From Lama glama (lineage: Eukaryota): a stretch of DNA of 64,000 nt. The position numbers were made by a program, and so were the translations under genes. The stretch is taken from assembly GCA_028534125.1 (NCBI GenBank), contig CM052816.1, forward strand, positions 13,146,001 through 13,210,000, written 5' to 3'. Positions 1 through 11,784 of the stretch are shown piece after piece. The notes beneath the pieces were generated by a model. The model saw only the letters and a program-made list of their open reading frames with translations. It had not been told where the DNA came from and made no database searches. Positions within the stretch are counted from its first letter, which is position 1, and each line of letters opens with the position of its first letter.

Positions 1-279
1 AAAGCAGCTCCAAAGGCTGAAGGAATGAACTTCTTCTTGATATCACCCACTCCACAGTGCCCAGTACCTGGAAAGGGAAGAAAATGTAGACCTGAGGGAA
101 TTTCAAATGAGGGCACTGGTAAGAAGAGAACTGTGAGAATCTGGAGAGTTACAGGTCCAAACCGACACACTGACCACAGAAGAAGTAAGACTCCCAGAGA
201 AGGCAGGAATGAGCTCTAAGGCAAACCCAGATTGCTTTCCCCCATTGCCTAGAGTAGAGGTAGTTCTTAGTTTTTCATA

Positions 280-1332
280 AGCTTGCCCTGCCCGCCTTCC
301 CAGCTTTATCCTACACTATTCTTTCCCTTGTTCTTTTCATCCTACTACCCTGGGCTTCTAGCTGTGGTTCCAATATATGCCCAGTTAGCTTTTGCTTGGA
401 GCCTATTCCTGGAAGATCCTTCCCCTTGATTGTCACGGTCCTAACTCCTTCTTGTCATTCAGACCTAGGGCAGGTTAGATTTTCCAAAAATGGCCACGCC
501 ATTGTCTGTCCTGCAGTGTGAGGTTACCACTCACTCCTCCATCAGGAGGTGGGGTCTCTGTTGCTCCCTGATGAAAGTAGGGGATCTTTGTAATCATTTT
601 AACCAACAGAAGTGACACTATGTGGCTTCCAAGGCTGGGTCACAAGAAATAATTGAGCCTCCACCTGGCTCAGTCTGTCTCTCGGGACACTCACCCTGGG
701 AACCCAGCCACCATGTTGTGAGGAGACCAGGTCACGGGGAGAGGCCCCATGGAGGTGTCCAGACCAGCAGTCCCAGTTAAGCACTAAGCCAACAGCCAGT
801 GTCAACCACCAAACATGTGACTGAGCCAATCCTGAAATGGTTCCAAGCCCCAGACTCCAAGTTCTCCAGCTCAGCTCCAGACATTATAAGGCAGAGACAG
901 GCTGTCTCCACTCTGCCTTCTGAGGATTTCTGTCCCAGAGAATCCATGAGCATAATAAGCTGTTGTTTTAAGCCCCCAAGTTCATTGCTAACTCAGTGTG
1001 CAGCCATAATAACTGAAATAAGACCTCAGTTTAAATGACCTCAGAGAAGTCTTCCCTGACCACCCAATCTTAAGTGGTGACCCATTTGTCTGATCCCCTT
1101 ATTTAGTAAAATTAAATGATGAAATGATGCGTGGCACTCTGTTAGTTTCCTTGTTTGTTTGGTTGACTTGCTTGTTGTCTGCCTCCCTGTACTAGAAAGT
1201 AAACTCCATGTGCACAAGGACCCTGTCTGTCTGTCTAGTCCACTTCAAAGTCCTCAACACCCACAACAGTGGCAGGTGATCAACATGTATTTGCTAAATT
1301 AATAAATGAATGAATGAATGAGTGAATGAATG
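280..1332 (+). mobile_element. L2 LINE 3' region, split by an MLT1 LTR at 466-1020
   Basis: The L2-like motif tcattcagacc|tcagtttaaatgacctcagagaagtcttccctgaccaccc is continuous across the LTR. The element ends in the typical (AATG)n tail at ~1305-1332. Confidence 0.8.
466..1020 (+). mobile_element. MaLR solo LTR (MLT1 family)
   Basis: MLT1-like start (ttttccaaaaatggcc), internal gggaacccagccaccatgttgtgagg, and end ttgttttaagcc...cagccataataactgaaata. Flanked by a perfect 5-bp TSD AGACC (461-465, 1021-1025). Confidence 0.88.
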
Positions 1333-1455
1333 AAGTATTCCTAGGCAATTAGAGTCTTTTATTAGACTTTATTTTTTTGCTACTTGATCTAACAAACTTT
1401 TACTGAGAACTTCCTCTGTTCTTAGGGAAAGTGTTATAATTTCCTATCCTGGGGC

Positions 1456-1608
1456 AGCGAGGGTATAGCTCAGTGGTAGAGTGTGCTCTTAACATGCACA
1501 ATGTCCTGAGTTCAAGCCCCGATATCCCCATTAAAATAAATAAATCTCATTACCCCCATAAACAAAAAATAAACAAAAATTTTAAAGTATCAATCTTTAA
1601 AAAAAAAA
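1456..1608 (+). mobile_element. tRNA-derived SINE (camelid vic-1-like)
   Basis: gggtatagctcagtggtagag (A box), gagttcaagcc (B box), then an A-rich tail. Degenerate TSD tcctatcctggggc (1442-1455) / tcctattctgtggc (1609-1622). Confidence 0.85.
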
Positions 1609-2710
1609 TCCTATTCTGTGGCTGTAAGTACACTTCAAAAAGAAAGTTAATGCAAATAGAAGTAAAAATAAGTAATAAACAGGCGATAAATATAATGAGA
1701 TTTTTTTTAATTGGGCTTAGAAATGACAGAGGTAGGGGAAATAAAAGGAAGTTAAGACTAACTCTCTGAACATTGAAAAATATTTAAGAGACGTTATCAA
1801 AGAAAGTGATAGTTTTCAGTCACTGCAAAACGGAACTCTACCATTGAGAAATGATTTGTAATTTCTTAAAAATAGTATAATTCTTATCATTTATTCAGAG
1901 AATACCATCATGTTGGTCAGAGAATGTATCAGATGATATGGGAGAAGCCAGCTCTTTGAAGTCTGATTCTTTATGTTAAACCAAACCTTTCCCCTCTCTC
2001 TTACTTAACACTCTTTGCCCAAAAGGGGTTGGAATCAGAGGCCAAACCAATGGGAAAAATGAGAAAATCTGTAGTATGTAAATAGAGCTCTGTTTGTTTG
2101 GTTTTTTTTTAAGTTTGAATCCAATTGCTCTTAGAAATTATGTATAAAGTCCAGTTTAGCCAGCTACCTGGGAAGTTTTTTTCCTGAGACAGTGAGTTGT
2201 CGTCCCTTGGACAAGTGTATTTACATTTTTGTTTTCGAAATCAAAACAACCCTTGCTGGTTTATAAAATGTTGGGGCCAATTTAACAGTTCCACTGGCCT
2301 CAGAGAAAACATTAGAATCTCAGAAAGGAGCACAGAAGTAGAATAAATTATAAAGGGTTGCGAGAGTGAATATGTATGTTTTATGACATCCTTGGGAAAA
2401 TGAACACCCAGCAACCATAAACCTGCAACTTGTTTGTGCCCATTTTAACTTACAGTTTACAGTGATGACTTCTTGTCACTAAAAATGTTCCAAGTTGCTT
2501 GGTTAGAAAAAGCACAGGAGATGAGGCATGGCTTGTTTGAAGTTAACTCTTCCTCTCGAATACTAATACAGCGCATTACAAATAATGCTTTCCAGAATAT
2601 GCTAGGATTAAAATGAGAGATGCTAAATCCTCTTGATTCCTTACCATCCAACACTGAAATATTCCATGGCCGTTCATTACATATTCACCAAAATACCTGA
2701 GTTGATGCTA

Positions 2711-2942
2711 CAGCTGACACTTGAACGACACAGGGGTTAGGAGTACCGACCCTCTGCACAATAGAAATCCGTGTACAGTTCATAGTTGGCCCTTGGTATT
2801 CAAAGTTCCTCCATATCCATGGTTCTGCATCCATGGATTCAATCAGCTGTGGACTGTACAGAACCGTAGTATTTACTATCAAAAAATTCCGTGTGTAAGT
2901 GGACCTGCACAGGTCAAACCCATGTTGTTCAAGACTCAGCTG
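2711..2942 (-). mobile_element. Tigger2-family MITE (MER8/Tigger2a-like)
   Basis: Terminal inverted repeats (TIRs) cagctgacacttgaacgaca / tgttgttcaagactcagctg match at 17/20. TA TSDs at 2709-2710 and 2943-2944. Confidence 0.88.
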
Positions 2943-3726
2943 TATTTGCTCCCATCCACACCTCTCCTGCTGATCTTCACCTATTCTGTAACTTTTATCA
3001 TGAATTCCAACTTGGGTAAAATTCTTCACAGCCCTCTCTTCAAATGTGGGTTGAGAAAAGTGGATTCAAAGACTATAAAGTAAAATTGCGTACTCCTGTC
3101 AATCGTCTGTTACGTCAGAAGGCAGCTGGGGCTCTGACCTGAAATCAGGACTGTGACCGATCACTAGAGCAAGTCCTCGTAAGACGAGAACTGTGGATTC
3201 AAGTCTACATGTGAATTTTACTGGCTCATGCAAGATGCCAGAGAGTATGCCTCTAGTCTTTTTTCATGTCCTTCATAAAAAGGCAATTAAATGAGGAGAC
3301 TATGAAAATTCATCTAAAAACAAGCGTCCACTACACAGCCACTGGAAACTTGTGCTGCAACCTGCATGTACTGTCTTAGATTAGGCCAGGTCCCCGTTCC
3401 CCCTTGTAAGCTGGATGTCAAACTGCTGGCCCCTGCATAGGAGTTACCGGTCCGAACTATTGACTTCCCAACCTTGGAATTTGTATTCCTGCAGAGAGAC
3501 TAAGCAAAAGCTAATTAGATACCTTTTACTTAGAAAGTCTATTCACAGACTAGATTTTCGGCTTCGAACCTGATGCCTTTTATGTGTGCCAGTGCTTTTA
3601 GTCCAACTATCCCTGACTGTTTTCTAATTTCCCTTCCCCTTCTTATGCCTGTTCTATTTTTGCAGCATAATCACTGGGAAAAAGTTTGTTCCAGGAACAA
3701 TCAGAAAACAATCAATTAGTTGAATA

Positions 3727-3762
3727 ACCACCATCACCATCACCATCACCGTCATCACCACC
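3727..3762. repeat. (CACCAT)n-like simple repeat
   Basis: accaccatcaccatcaccatcaccgtcatcaccacc. Confidence 0.85.
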
Positions 3763-4469
3763 CTTAAAAGAAGGTGGCAAAGGTCAACCTGGTTTTGAAA
3801 GAAACAGATTGCAGCAAGTTTAAAATTCTTTGAAAGTTCTCTCTGTGCTAAATTCAAACTGAGAAATTTACATTCTCTTTATTTCTTTTACCAAACTCTG
3901 TATCCTAGTTCAAGAAAATAAGCTTTCAGGAATTTTTTGAGAACTTAAATGGCAAGTTGAAAAGCAAATGGTTCTGACACAACAGTGATTATTTTGATGA
4001 GTTAACTGCCAATAAGTATACCATATGGATGAAATTCTTCCTGAAGTGCATGTGGGTATGTTTAAGGGTGGAGCACTTGGGGCAAAACATATTTCAAGCT
4101 TTTTCAAAAGCCCATATTCTTGCAAAAGTCATTTGATGTACTTTTCTTTTTTTCACTGATTCCGTATCTAACCTATTTCAAGAAGAAAGAGTTCCTGATC
4201 TTTTCCAGGTACCTTGCCTCTTGTCTCCCTCCTGTAGTCACCTTGTTTCTATATGAGCACCTTCCTTATGATCCTCGGAGAGGGAAAATGTCCAGCTCCA
4301 GAAACCAGGAGCAAGCCTGCAAGCAAACCAGCAGGCTGGGAGGAAGAGACGTAGAAATTCCTCCCCAGTGGAGGTGCTGATCTTGGGCTTCCGTGTTCAG
4401 CTCTAACAGCCCGTCATCGCTCTGAGATTATCTGTAGCCACACCATCCTAAAGATTCATATGGAGCTTA

Positions 4470-4645
4470 GGGTCACGTCTATTCTCACAAGTTGCTATCA
4501 AGCCAAGTTTCCCCAATCCCAAAATGGAACCCATTGCTGAATTTGGAATTTAAATACAAGAATAGGTGGGTATCCTCATTAGCCTCCATCTTGTTGGTTT
4601 TGGTGCACCGTTTTAGTAAACTAAGATTATTCTGAATCCTAACTA
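4470..4645 (-). mobile_element. L3/CR1 LINE fragment
   Basis: ttgctatcaagccaagtttccccaatccc...ccatcttgttggttttgg...ttctgaatcct resembles antisense CR1/L3 sequence. Confidence 0.5.
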
Positions 4646-5431
4646 GTCAGACACTCAGGGGGAGTTACATTGTACAAGGGGATCTGAGTCTGTCTCACAT
4701 CAATGAGTTTAGTGTTGAGTCTGTTATCAGCGGTGTTCTAGGTAAGACTCAGAATCCTCTTCAAAGTGTTCCAGCTCCTGCTGCCAATCAGTCTGGGTTG
4801 GCATTTGAGGTTAAATCTATTCACTGTGCCTGATTTAGATATTCCTTTTTCTCTTTATTAGAGTTATTCATAAGTAGGCAGTCAAAATTACAATCTTTAA
4901 TGCCTACATGTCTCTTGCTCTAGATCTCTTTTAGAATTTCTGCCATAACAGTTCTACCCAGGACGTCTGGAAGTTATCTCCCCAAAACCTGGGACACACA
5001 AGTGAGTGCCTAGAATCTCCTAGCGTTAAAGGCAGGGTCACGTTCTCCCAGGTTCTCATCCTTTCCACATCACCAACCAGTAGCCTGTTGCTCATAGGAG
5101 AACAGTGGGAACTTCTTATGAGCTTTTTTTTTTTCCATATCTTTGGCTGATAAAACCAAAGCAAACCAAGCAGTTGTCAAGTTAAATAGGAAAAATAAAA
5201 AGCAATAGACATTAATTATGATTGCTATTGATACCAAGCTGGGTGAAAAATATGGAAAATACTTTCCTGATAACAGATTAGCAGACCAAAGGCGAGACAT
5301 GACTTCATCCTCTGTTTTATATTCCATCCAAGAGTCTCATCCAATGTGTTAACATGACCCATGAGATAGTTCTTGCTTTCTTGTGTCCCATCACCAAATT
5401 ACTCTTGTTCATCACCTCTAAGTATTTGTAC

Positions 5432-5547
5432 ACAGACTATAAATTTAGTGAAGGTGGGCGTTTTGACTTACCTCCACAACTCCAGTGCTGAGCATGATAC
5501 CTAGTAAATATTCGATAGCCAATAAGTACTTGACGAATGAATGAATG
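5432..5547 (+). mobile_element. L2 3' end
   Basis: cagactataaatttagtgaagg...agtacttgacgaatgaatgaatg tail. Confidence 0.65.
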
Positions 5548-5766
5548 TGAGATTTATTCCCTATTGTTTTTTCCTGAGAAGTATTAAGTCCTTCTCTATC
5601 ATAGTTTTTACATAAAAGCAGACTGGATAAGAATTAACAAATTGCTATATTCATCAGATTTGATTTTCTGAATTTGGTAAATCACAAGAATTTACTTTGA
5701 AATCAAAGGTGGACATTACTGATCTTCAACCTCTCTCCTATCTCTCCCCGTCTCTCTTAATCTTAA

Positions 5767-5767
<1 letters not shown>

Positions 5768-5800
<33 letters not shown>
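5768..5800. repeat. (CA)n microsatellite
   Basis: About 16 perfect AC units. Confidence 0.97.
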
Positions 5801-5801
<1 letters not shown>

Positions 5802-6329
5802 GGGGGGGCAATGGAGCCAGGTTAGTGAGCTTATTGGGGTATTTTGTTCAATAACAGAAATGGATTTGTACACAGAGCTATCCAGACTGACTGTTAATCC
5901 CTCTCATATATAAGAATATTTTTTGCTGAGTAGATGGTATGGGTTAGGCCGGATCTCTGGAATCAAAGAGGAGCAGAGTGGCTCCCATTAAAAAAAAATC
6001 ATCAGATTAATCTTGATTGACCAGGTATCAGTTTGGCTAACCAGCTAACCATCCACTGACAATCTTATAACCTTCTGCATTCATCCAAAATGAACAAAAT
6101 AGTGCCTGATTCCAAAAGGAAGAAGAGGAAAAAATGAAATGTTTCTGTCCCATTTACTTTTCAAACAAAAGACAAAATGTAAGCTAGGATGTAATATGAA
6201 AAGCATGGGTTTAGGAAGATCACAGTAGCTAAGTCACTTTGGGTACAAAGTGTATATTTTTGAGTGTACCTGGTGCTTTCAAATCAGGACATTATAATAA
6301 CTGAAAATTATAGGTCAGTGATGGAACCT

Positions 6330-6570
6330 CATGGTTAAGAGCGCAGCCTTTGAGGTTTTGCAGAGCTGAATTTGAGTTCCTGTTTTGTCACTTTCTTTCT
6401 GCGTGCCTTGAGCTAATTATTTAATCTCTCTGTGCCTCAATTTCCTCAGCTACAAACGGGATATAGCAGTTTCAATTTAACAGGGTGGGCATAAAAATTA
6501 AATCCGATAACCCAGGTAAACACTTACAAAGTGCCTGGCACAGAGAAACACTTAATAAATGTTTACTATT
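6330..6570 (+). mobile_element. MIR SINE
   Basis: ggttaagagc...ttatttaatctctctgtgcctcaatttcctc core, and aagtgcctggcacagagaaacacttaataaatg 3' end. Confidence 0.85.
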
Positions 6571-7124
6571 AGAGCCATGAGTCTTCCATTAATCCGAGAG
6601 GAATTAATTTGGCAGGAAGGTTGATGGATTGAATCAAAATAGCACAGAAGCATCTTATCACTGAGAACATAGCCTTTCTGAGCGATGAGCCACCTAGCAA
6701 GGCCAATAGCTAATTACAACTCATTGGGAATGAAAGGGAGACAACTATGCCATTGTGAGAATCAGGATAGAGAGTTGCTAATGAGGATGGAGAGAGTGAC
6801 TTGAGGAAGAAGAAAGGCCAGTCAGTCTAGCGTGCTGTTGACAGAACTTCTGGCCAGGAGTCCAGAACAAGAACGTATATCTGAAAATCTTCATGGCTCC
6901 ATCTAAAAGCTGAATCAGAGTCCTGAGAAGCTAAGTCAGTCCTGGCATTTGGTAGACTACAAGTGGTGCTGGGAGATAAATACAGCACTCAGGAGCTAAC
7001 ATCCTTTCCAGGATGCACTGATGTACGTTGTAGCAGGGTTCTCCAGGGTGCCTGAGACTGGGGGTGCAAAGTAGCAGTCCTTTAGGTGGAAAGTCACCCC
7101 ACACACAGGTGTATGTTTAATTAC

Positions 7125-7440
7125 CTGTTTCATTAATTCTTTTCACTCAGCTCCCCCAGAGACCTCCATCTGGCCTCCTGGAGCTCACAGCTCAGTGTGT
7201 GGGAGATAGGATTAGTGCAACAGTACCGGGTGTCAGGTGCCCTGGCTGGGCTGTGTGCAGGGGATTGCTGGAGCTCAGGGAACCAGTGTTCTTGGAGAAG
7301 ATATCTTGGATGGGACATGAAGAGTCAATAGGGTTAGAAAGGCAATAGGGGTCAGAGTGGAGGAGAGGGAGAGAGGAAAGAGCATGGGCAAAGTTCCAGA
7401 TAAGGAGCAAGAGCATGGCACGTTTGAGGGATTCGGAAGT
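7125..7440 (-). mobile_element. L2 fragment
   Basis: Purine-rich antisense L2 pattern (agcatgggcaaag...agagcatggcacgtttgagg). Confidence 0.5.
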
Positions 7441-7451
7441 GGTCTGTGCAG

Positions 7452-8065
7452 CTGCAGCATTACTCACAGTGGCTGAAAGGCGGGAGCCACCCAGGTGTCC
7501 ATTGATGGATGAATGGATAAACAAAATGTGGTTTACGTTCCATGGAATATTGTTTAGCCTTGAAAAGTAAGGAAACTCTAATACATGCTACAGCATGGAT
7601 GAACCTTGAGGACATTGTGCTAAGTGAAAGAAGCCAGTCACAAGGGACAAATACCATACGATTCCATTCATGTGAGGTACCTAGAGCAGATGAATTCACA
7701 GAGAGCAGGATGGAGGCTTCCAGGCTCTGGGGGAAGGGAATAATGTGGCATTACTGTCTAATAGGTGCTGAGTTTCAGTTCTGCAAGATGAAAAGTATTT
7801 TGGAGATGGACGGTGGTGATGGTTGCACAACAGTGTGAATATACTCAATGCCACTGAACTGTACACTTAAAAGTGGTTAAGGATCTTGTAGTAGCTTATA
7901 GTGGAAAAGAATATGAAAATGAATATATGTATATTCATACATGACTGAAAAATTATGCTCTACACCAGAAATTGACACAACTCTGCAAACTGACTATAAC
8001 TCAAAAAAAAAGTGTTTAAGATGGTAAATATTATGTTATGTGTAGCTTACCATAATTTTTAAATG
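7452..8065 (+). mobile_element. Old L1 3' end (L1MB-like), interrupted by a short younger L1
   Basis: gatgaatggataaacaaaatgtgg...catggatgaaccttgaggacattgtgctaagtgaaagaagccagtcac...ggtgatggttgcacaacagtgtgaatatactcaatgccactgaactgtacacttaaa, resuming at 8021 with atggtaaat. Confidence 0.9.
7882..8007 (+). mobile_element. Short 5'-truncated young L1 3' end
   Basis: gaaaagaatatgaaaatgaatatatg...tacaccagaaattgacacaac...tgactataactc followed by poly(A). TSD aaaagtggttaag (7869-7881) / aaaagtgtttaag (8008-8020). Confidence 0.85.
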
Positions 8066-8269
8066 TCTTTAAATAAAGGTAAAATACATTTTCAGATAAA
8101 AATAATGCAAACTATTACAGTATCACTATAAGTATTAACACGCGATATTAATTAGTATAACACACACTTTGCATAATATGAAACTATACTATAATTATTG
8201 TCACAGCTAAGGGCTCCTTTATACACTATATTACAATATAATGATAATCTAACAATAATAGTAATTGCT

Positions 8270-8450
8270 ATTACAGCTAACATCTATCGAGTACTTACCA
8301 TGTGCCAAATTCTGTTCTAATTATTCTTTGTTTTATATGCATATAATAATGCCATGAGGCAGCTACTGTTTGCTTCTCCCATTTACCAATCAGGAAAGTG
8401 AGGCCCACAGATGTTAGATAATTCTTCAAAGACACACAGCTAGTCAGCGC
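8270..8450 (-). mobile_element. MIR SINE
   Basis: gagtacttaccatgtgcc...cccatttaccaatcaggaaagtgaggcccacag. Confidence 0.75.
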
Positions 8451-8521
8451 AACTGCGATTACTCTAAAGGAACAGCTGCAGGGTGGCAGCTACACTGACG
8501 GTCTGGGACCAGCCAGGCGTG

Positions 8522-9372
8522 TTTTTTTTTTTAACACCTTTACTGTGGTCTGCTTCCTTTACAGTAAACTTCACATAACTTCACATATTTCAAATGCACA
8601 ATTTGATGAGTTTTGACAGATATATACACTAATGAAACCACTGCCACAATGAAGATAGCTAACATTTCCATCACTCCCCATGAGGTGTAATTTTCAAATT
8701 CCCATTTTATCTCTTTCCACCCCTTTTACCCCCTGGTAACCATTTTTGTCCTCTATATCTGTGAGTCTGTTTCTGTTTTGTAGATAAGTTCATTTGTGTC
8801 CTTTTTTTTTCTGATTCTGCATATAAGTGATATCATATGACATTTTTCTTTCTCTTTCTGGCTTACTTCACTTAGAATGATGATCTCCAGATCCATCCAT
8901 GTTGCTGCAAATGGCATTATTTTATTCTTTTTTATGGCTGACTAATATTCCATTGTATATATAGAGAGCACATCTTCTTTATCCAGTCATCTGTCAATGG
9001 ACATTTAGGTTGTTTCCATGTCTCGGCTATTGTAAATCATGCTGCTGTGAACATTGGGGTGCAGGTGTCTTTTTGAATTATATTTTTCTCCGGGTATATG
9101 CTCAGGAGTGGGATTGCTGGATTACATGGTAAGTCTATTTTTAGTTTTTTGAGGAACCTCCATACTGTCTTCCATAGTGGCTGCACCAATTTATATTCCT
9201 ACCAACAGCGTAGGAGGGTTCCTTTTGCTCCACACCCTCTCCAGCATTTATCATCTCCAGTAGACTTCTTATTGATGGCCATTCTGGCTGGTGTCAGGTG
9301 ACATCTCATTGCAGTTTTGACTGGCATTTCTCTGATAATTAGTGATGTTGAGCATCTTTTCATGTGCTTGTT
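8522..9372 (-). mobile_element. 5'-truncated L1 (ORF2 C-terminus plus 3'UTR) with an atypical 3' tail
   Basis: Poly(T) at 8522. The minus-strand translation includes [14 protein letters not shown]...CHLTPARMA...[15 protein letters not shown], the L1 ORF2 C-terminal Cys-rich region. Confidence 0.92.
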
Positions 9373-9489
9373 TAGCCACACATGTTTGCACCTGACCAGT
9401 AGTTTGGAGTAGCCAGGCCAGAGGTCCCAGACATTTATAAGCTCACACCAAAGTTCCCCAGCTACAACTGATCCATGGTAATCGTGAAA

Positions 9490-9720
9490 AGGGCTCCCGT
9501 AGGCCTGGTACCTGCAAGGAGTTTGGAGGCAGTATCTTGTCCAATCTTCCCAGCAACCATAGGAGGTAGATGCCATTATTTTACCCATTTTACAGACGAG
9601 GAAACTGTGGCTTGGAGAGGTTAAGAGGCTCACCCAACGTCATAACAGCTGATAAGTGGTGGTGCCAGGATGTAAACCCAGGCAATCTGATGCTAAACCC
9701 TGTGTGTTGGCCACAATGCC
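9490..9720 (-). mobile_element. MIR SINE
   Basis: cccattttacagacgaggaaactgtggcttggagaggttaag core. Confidence 0.85.
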
Positions 9721-9789
9721 AGTTTCTTAAATCATGACCAAGATTTAACTTCTTAGTATTATTCATAATAATTATAATAATGGTTAATA

Positions 9790-9985
9790 TTAATTGTGCA
9801 CTCACCATGTTGAGGCTACCTGCTTCCAGTGTGTTAGGTCCTAAGTGTCCTTACGGGACCCTGTGTGGGAGTGCTGTCACTGGCCCCCCTTCACAGGGGA
9901 GGAGCACATCCCGGGGCCTCCCCACTAGCTGGGGTGGAAGCAGGATTCAAACCCAGGCATCTGATCCCAGTTGTGGTCTTAGAGA
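9790..9985 (-). mobile_element. MIR SINE (degenerate)
   Basis: gcactcaccatg...ccactagctggggtggaagcaggattcaaacccaggcatctga. Confidence 0.6.
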
Positions 9986-10299
9986 CCCTGCCTACTCAGA
10001 GCAGGGACCTCCAGCAGCGTTGCCTGGGAGACAGAATTGCGAGCTCTTGGACCCTCCTCCAGGCTGAATAAATGAGAATGTGCCTTTGCACAAGCTCGTG
10101 TGATTCGTATGCAGATTGAAGTCTGAGAGACGCTAGCCCGCACTTCCATCCGTTCCTCGAAGGCAGGCCACGAGGATGCAGCAGTAGACAGCATAGACAG
10201 GGCCCTGCCTTCCAACAGCCTCCACCCCAACAGAGGGAGGCGAAATAGACCACAGACGAGGAAAGGGTTATTAAAGTGGTAAACCTAGGGTGCTTCTCA

Positions 10300-10435
10300 A
10301 GAAGCAGTGTCTCCCTGCAAGACTTACTGAGTCCGAGTCTGATGTGTTTCCAGGGTTTGGGGTGGGCACACGTCTTAGAAATCTGCATTCAGCAAGGCAA
10401 TTGATTCAGATGCTCTCTAAAGTTAAGGGCCACTG
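10300..10435. mobile_element. MER5-like hAT-Charlie fragment
   Basis: gacttactgagtccga...gaaatctgcatt...tgattcagatgc...aagttaagggccactg. Confidence 0.45.
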
Positions 10436-11094
10436 TTCTCCCAGGTAAGGCTCAGGGGAAGAGTCAGAGAAGAACACAAGCATCTTTCCTACTTTTCTTA
10501 TCGCCCTGGTCCTTAGGACCAGAGAGAAACCTCTCTAACAGGCTAAACAACTGACAATCAGAAGATGAAGAATTGAATTTGGCCTCTCCCTATGCATTAA
10601 TTTAAAACATTGAACTTCAGAGATCCATTGATGCTACTTAATATGGTGCACAAGGCTGCAGGCACTCACAATTGACCCTGGGAGTATTGACCCATCCCTA
10701 TGGAAACGGGTCTTGCTTCGTAGCCTGCCTTTGCCCATCTGCTTTACAGCAACGGCCATTGCCCCAGCACCCTTGGGACGGGCTGTCCATGACAGCGGCA
10801 GCCAGGCCCTCAGCAGACACTAACCACTGCCGTGAGCACACCCCAGCCAAGAACCAGTTCTCGTCTAAGACACTGGCCCGATGCCTGGCTCCAGAGGCAT
10901 CTCGTACACAAATGTTTATTAGCAATCACACGCTCTCTGCCTTGACGGGCAGCCACTAGCCAGCCTCAGTGGAAAGAACTAGGGGAAGAAATACAGGCAA
11001 ATTTTTCCCGAGAATTGGGAGTTTGAAAAGACAAGACGGAAGAACCAAGGGAAAAGAAAGAAATAGCTTGCCTTTTTTCAGAGAATTATAAGAA

Positions 11095-11245
11095 TCATGG
11101 CCAACACGTAGAAGTGCGTACTACATACCAGGCACTGCGTTAGGGAACCAACATGTCTTGTTTAATTCTCCCAACAGCCCTGTGAAGTCGATTTCATTTT
11201 AATTATCCTCATATGACATAGTGATGCAATGCTGTCACTTTACAG
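11095..11245 (-). mobile_element. MIR SINE
   Basis: gtactacataccaggcactgcg...tttaattctcccaacagccctgtgaagt. Confidence 0.65.
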
Positions 11246-11784
11246 GAAGAGAGAGAAGAAAGGAAGGAAAAGGGGGGACAGAGGAACGGGGAGGAGGGAG
11301 GAAAGAAGGAAAAAAAGGAGCAGAGCTTCCAGCTTTCTTCAGGGATAGAGGAAAAATGTCTGTGGAAGACCTAAAGCAGAAGAAATTTCCCTGAAGATCA
11401 GGAATGAGATGAATGGAAACTGACTTTTTACCTTAATTTGGAGCAATTGAAATGCTCAGGAGATTGATTTATATCATGTTCTGCAAACTCAGACAAAAAT
11501 AAGTTGGCTGAATTTTAACTACCTCCAAATAACACACACACAGAGAGACACACAGAGGGTGTTTGTTTTCCTAATTATGACTTCGTGGGAATGAATGGAA
11601 AATTTAGCAAGCCGATTAACTGTAGCTTACAATAAAATAGCTCTAAACGGGTGTTTTATGTGCCCTTTGTTTCCCATTCTCCTTGGAAGATTGTCAAGGG
11701 TTTAATGAAACTAATACTTTGGGATTTAGATGTCTCATAATAAGAAACCAGAGCCTCTCCAACACTAACAACTGGAAGGAACTC

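Noticed and set aside
1456..1530. tRNA gene (also 63375-63450)
   Set aside because: The tRNA-like head is followed by an A-rich tail and flanked by TSDs, with degenerate stems. These are SINEs.
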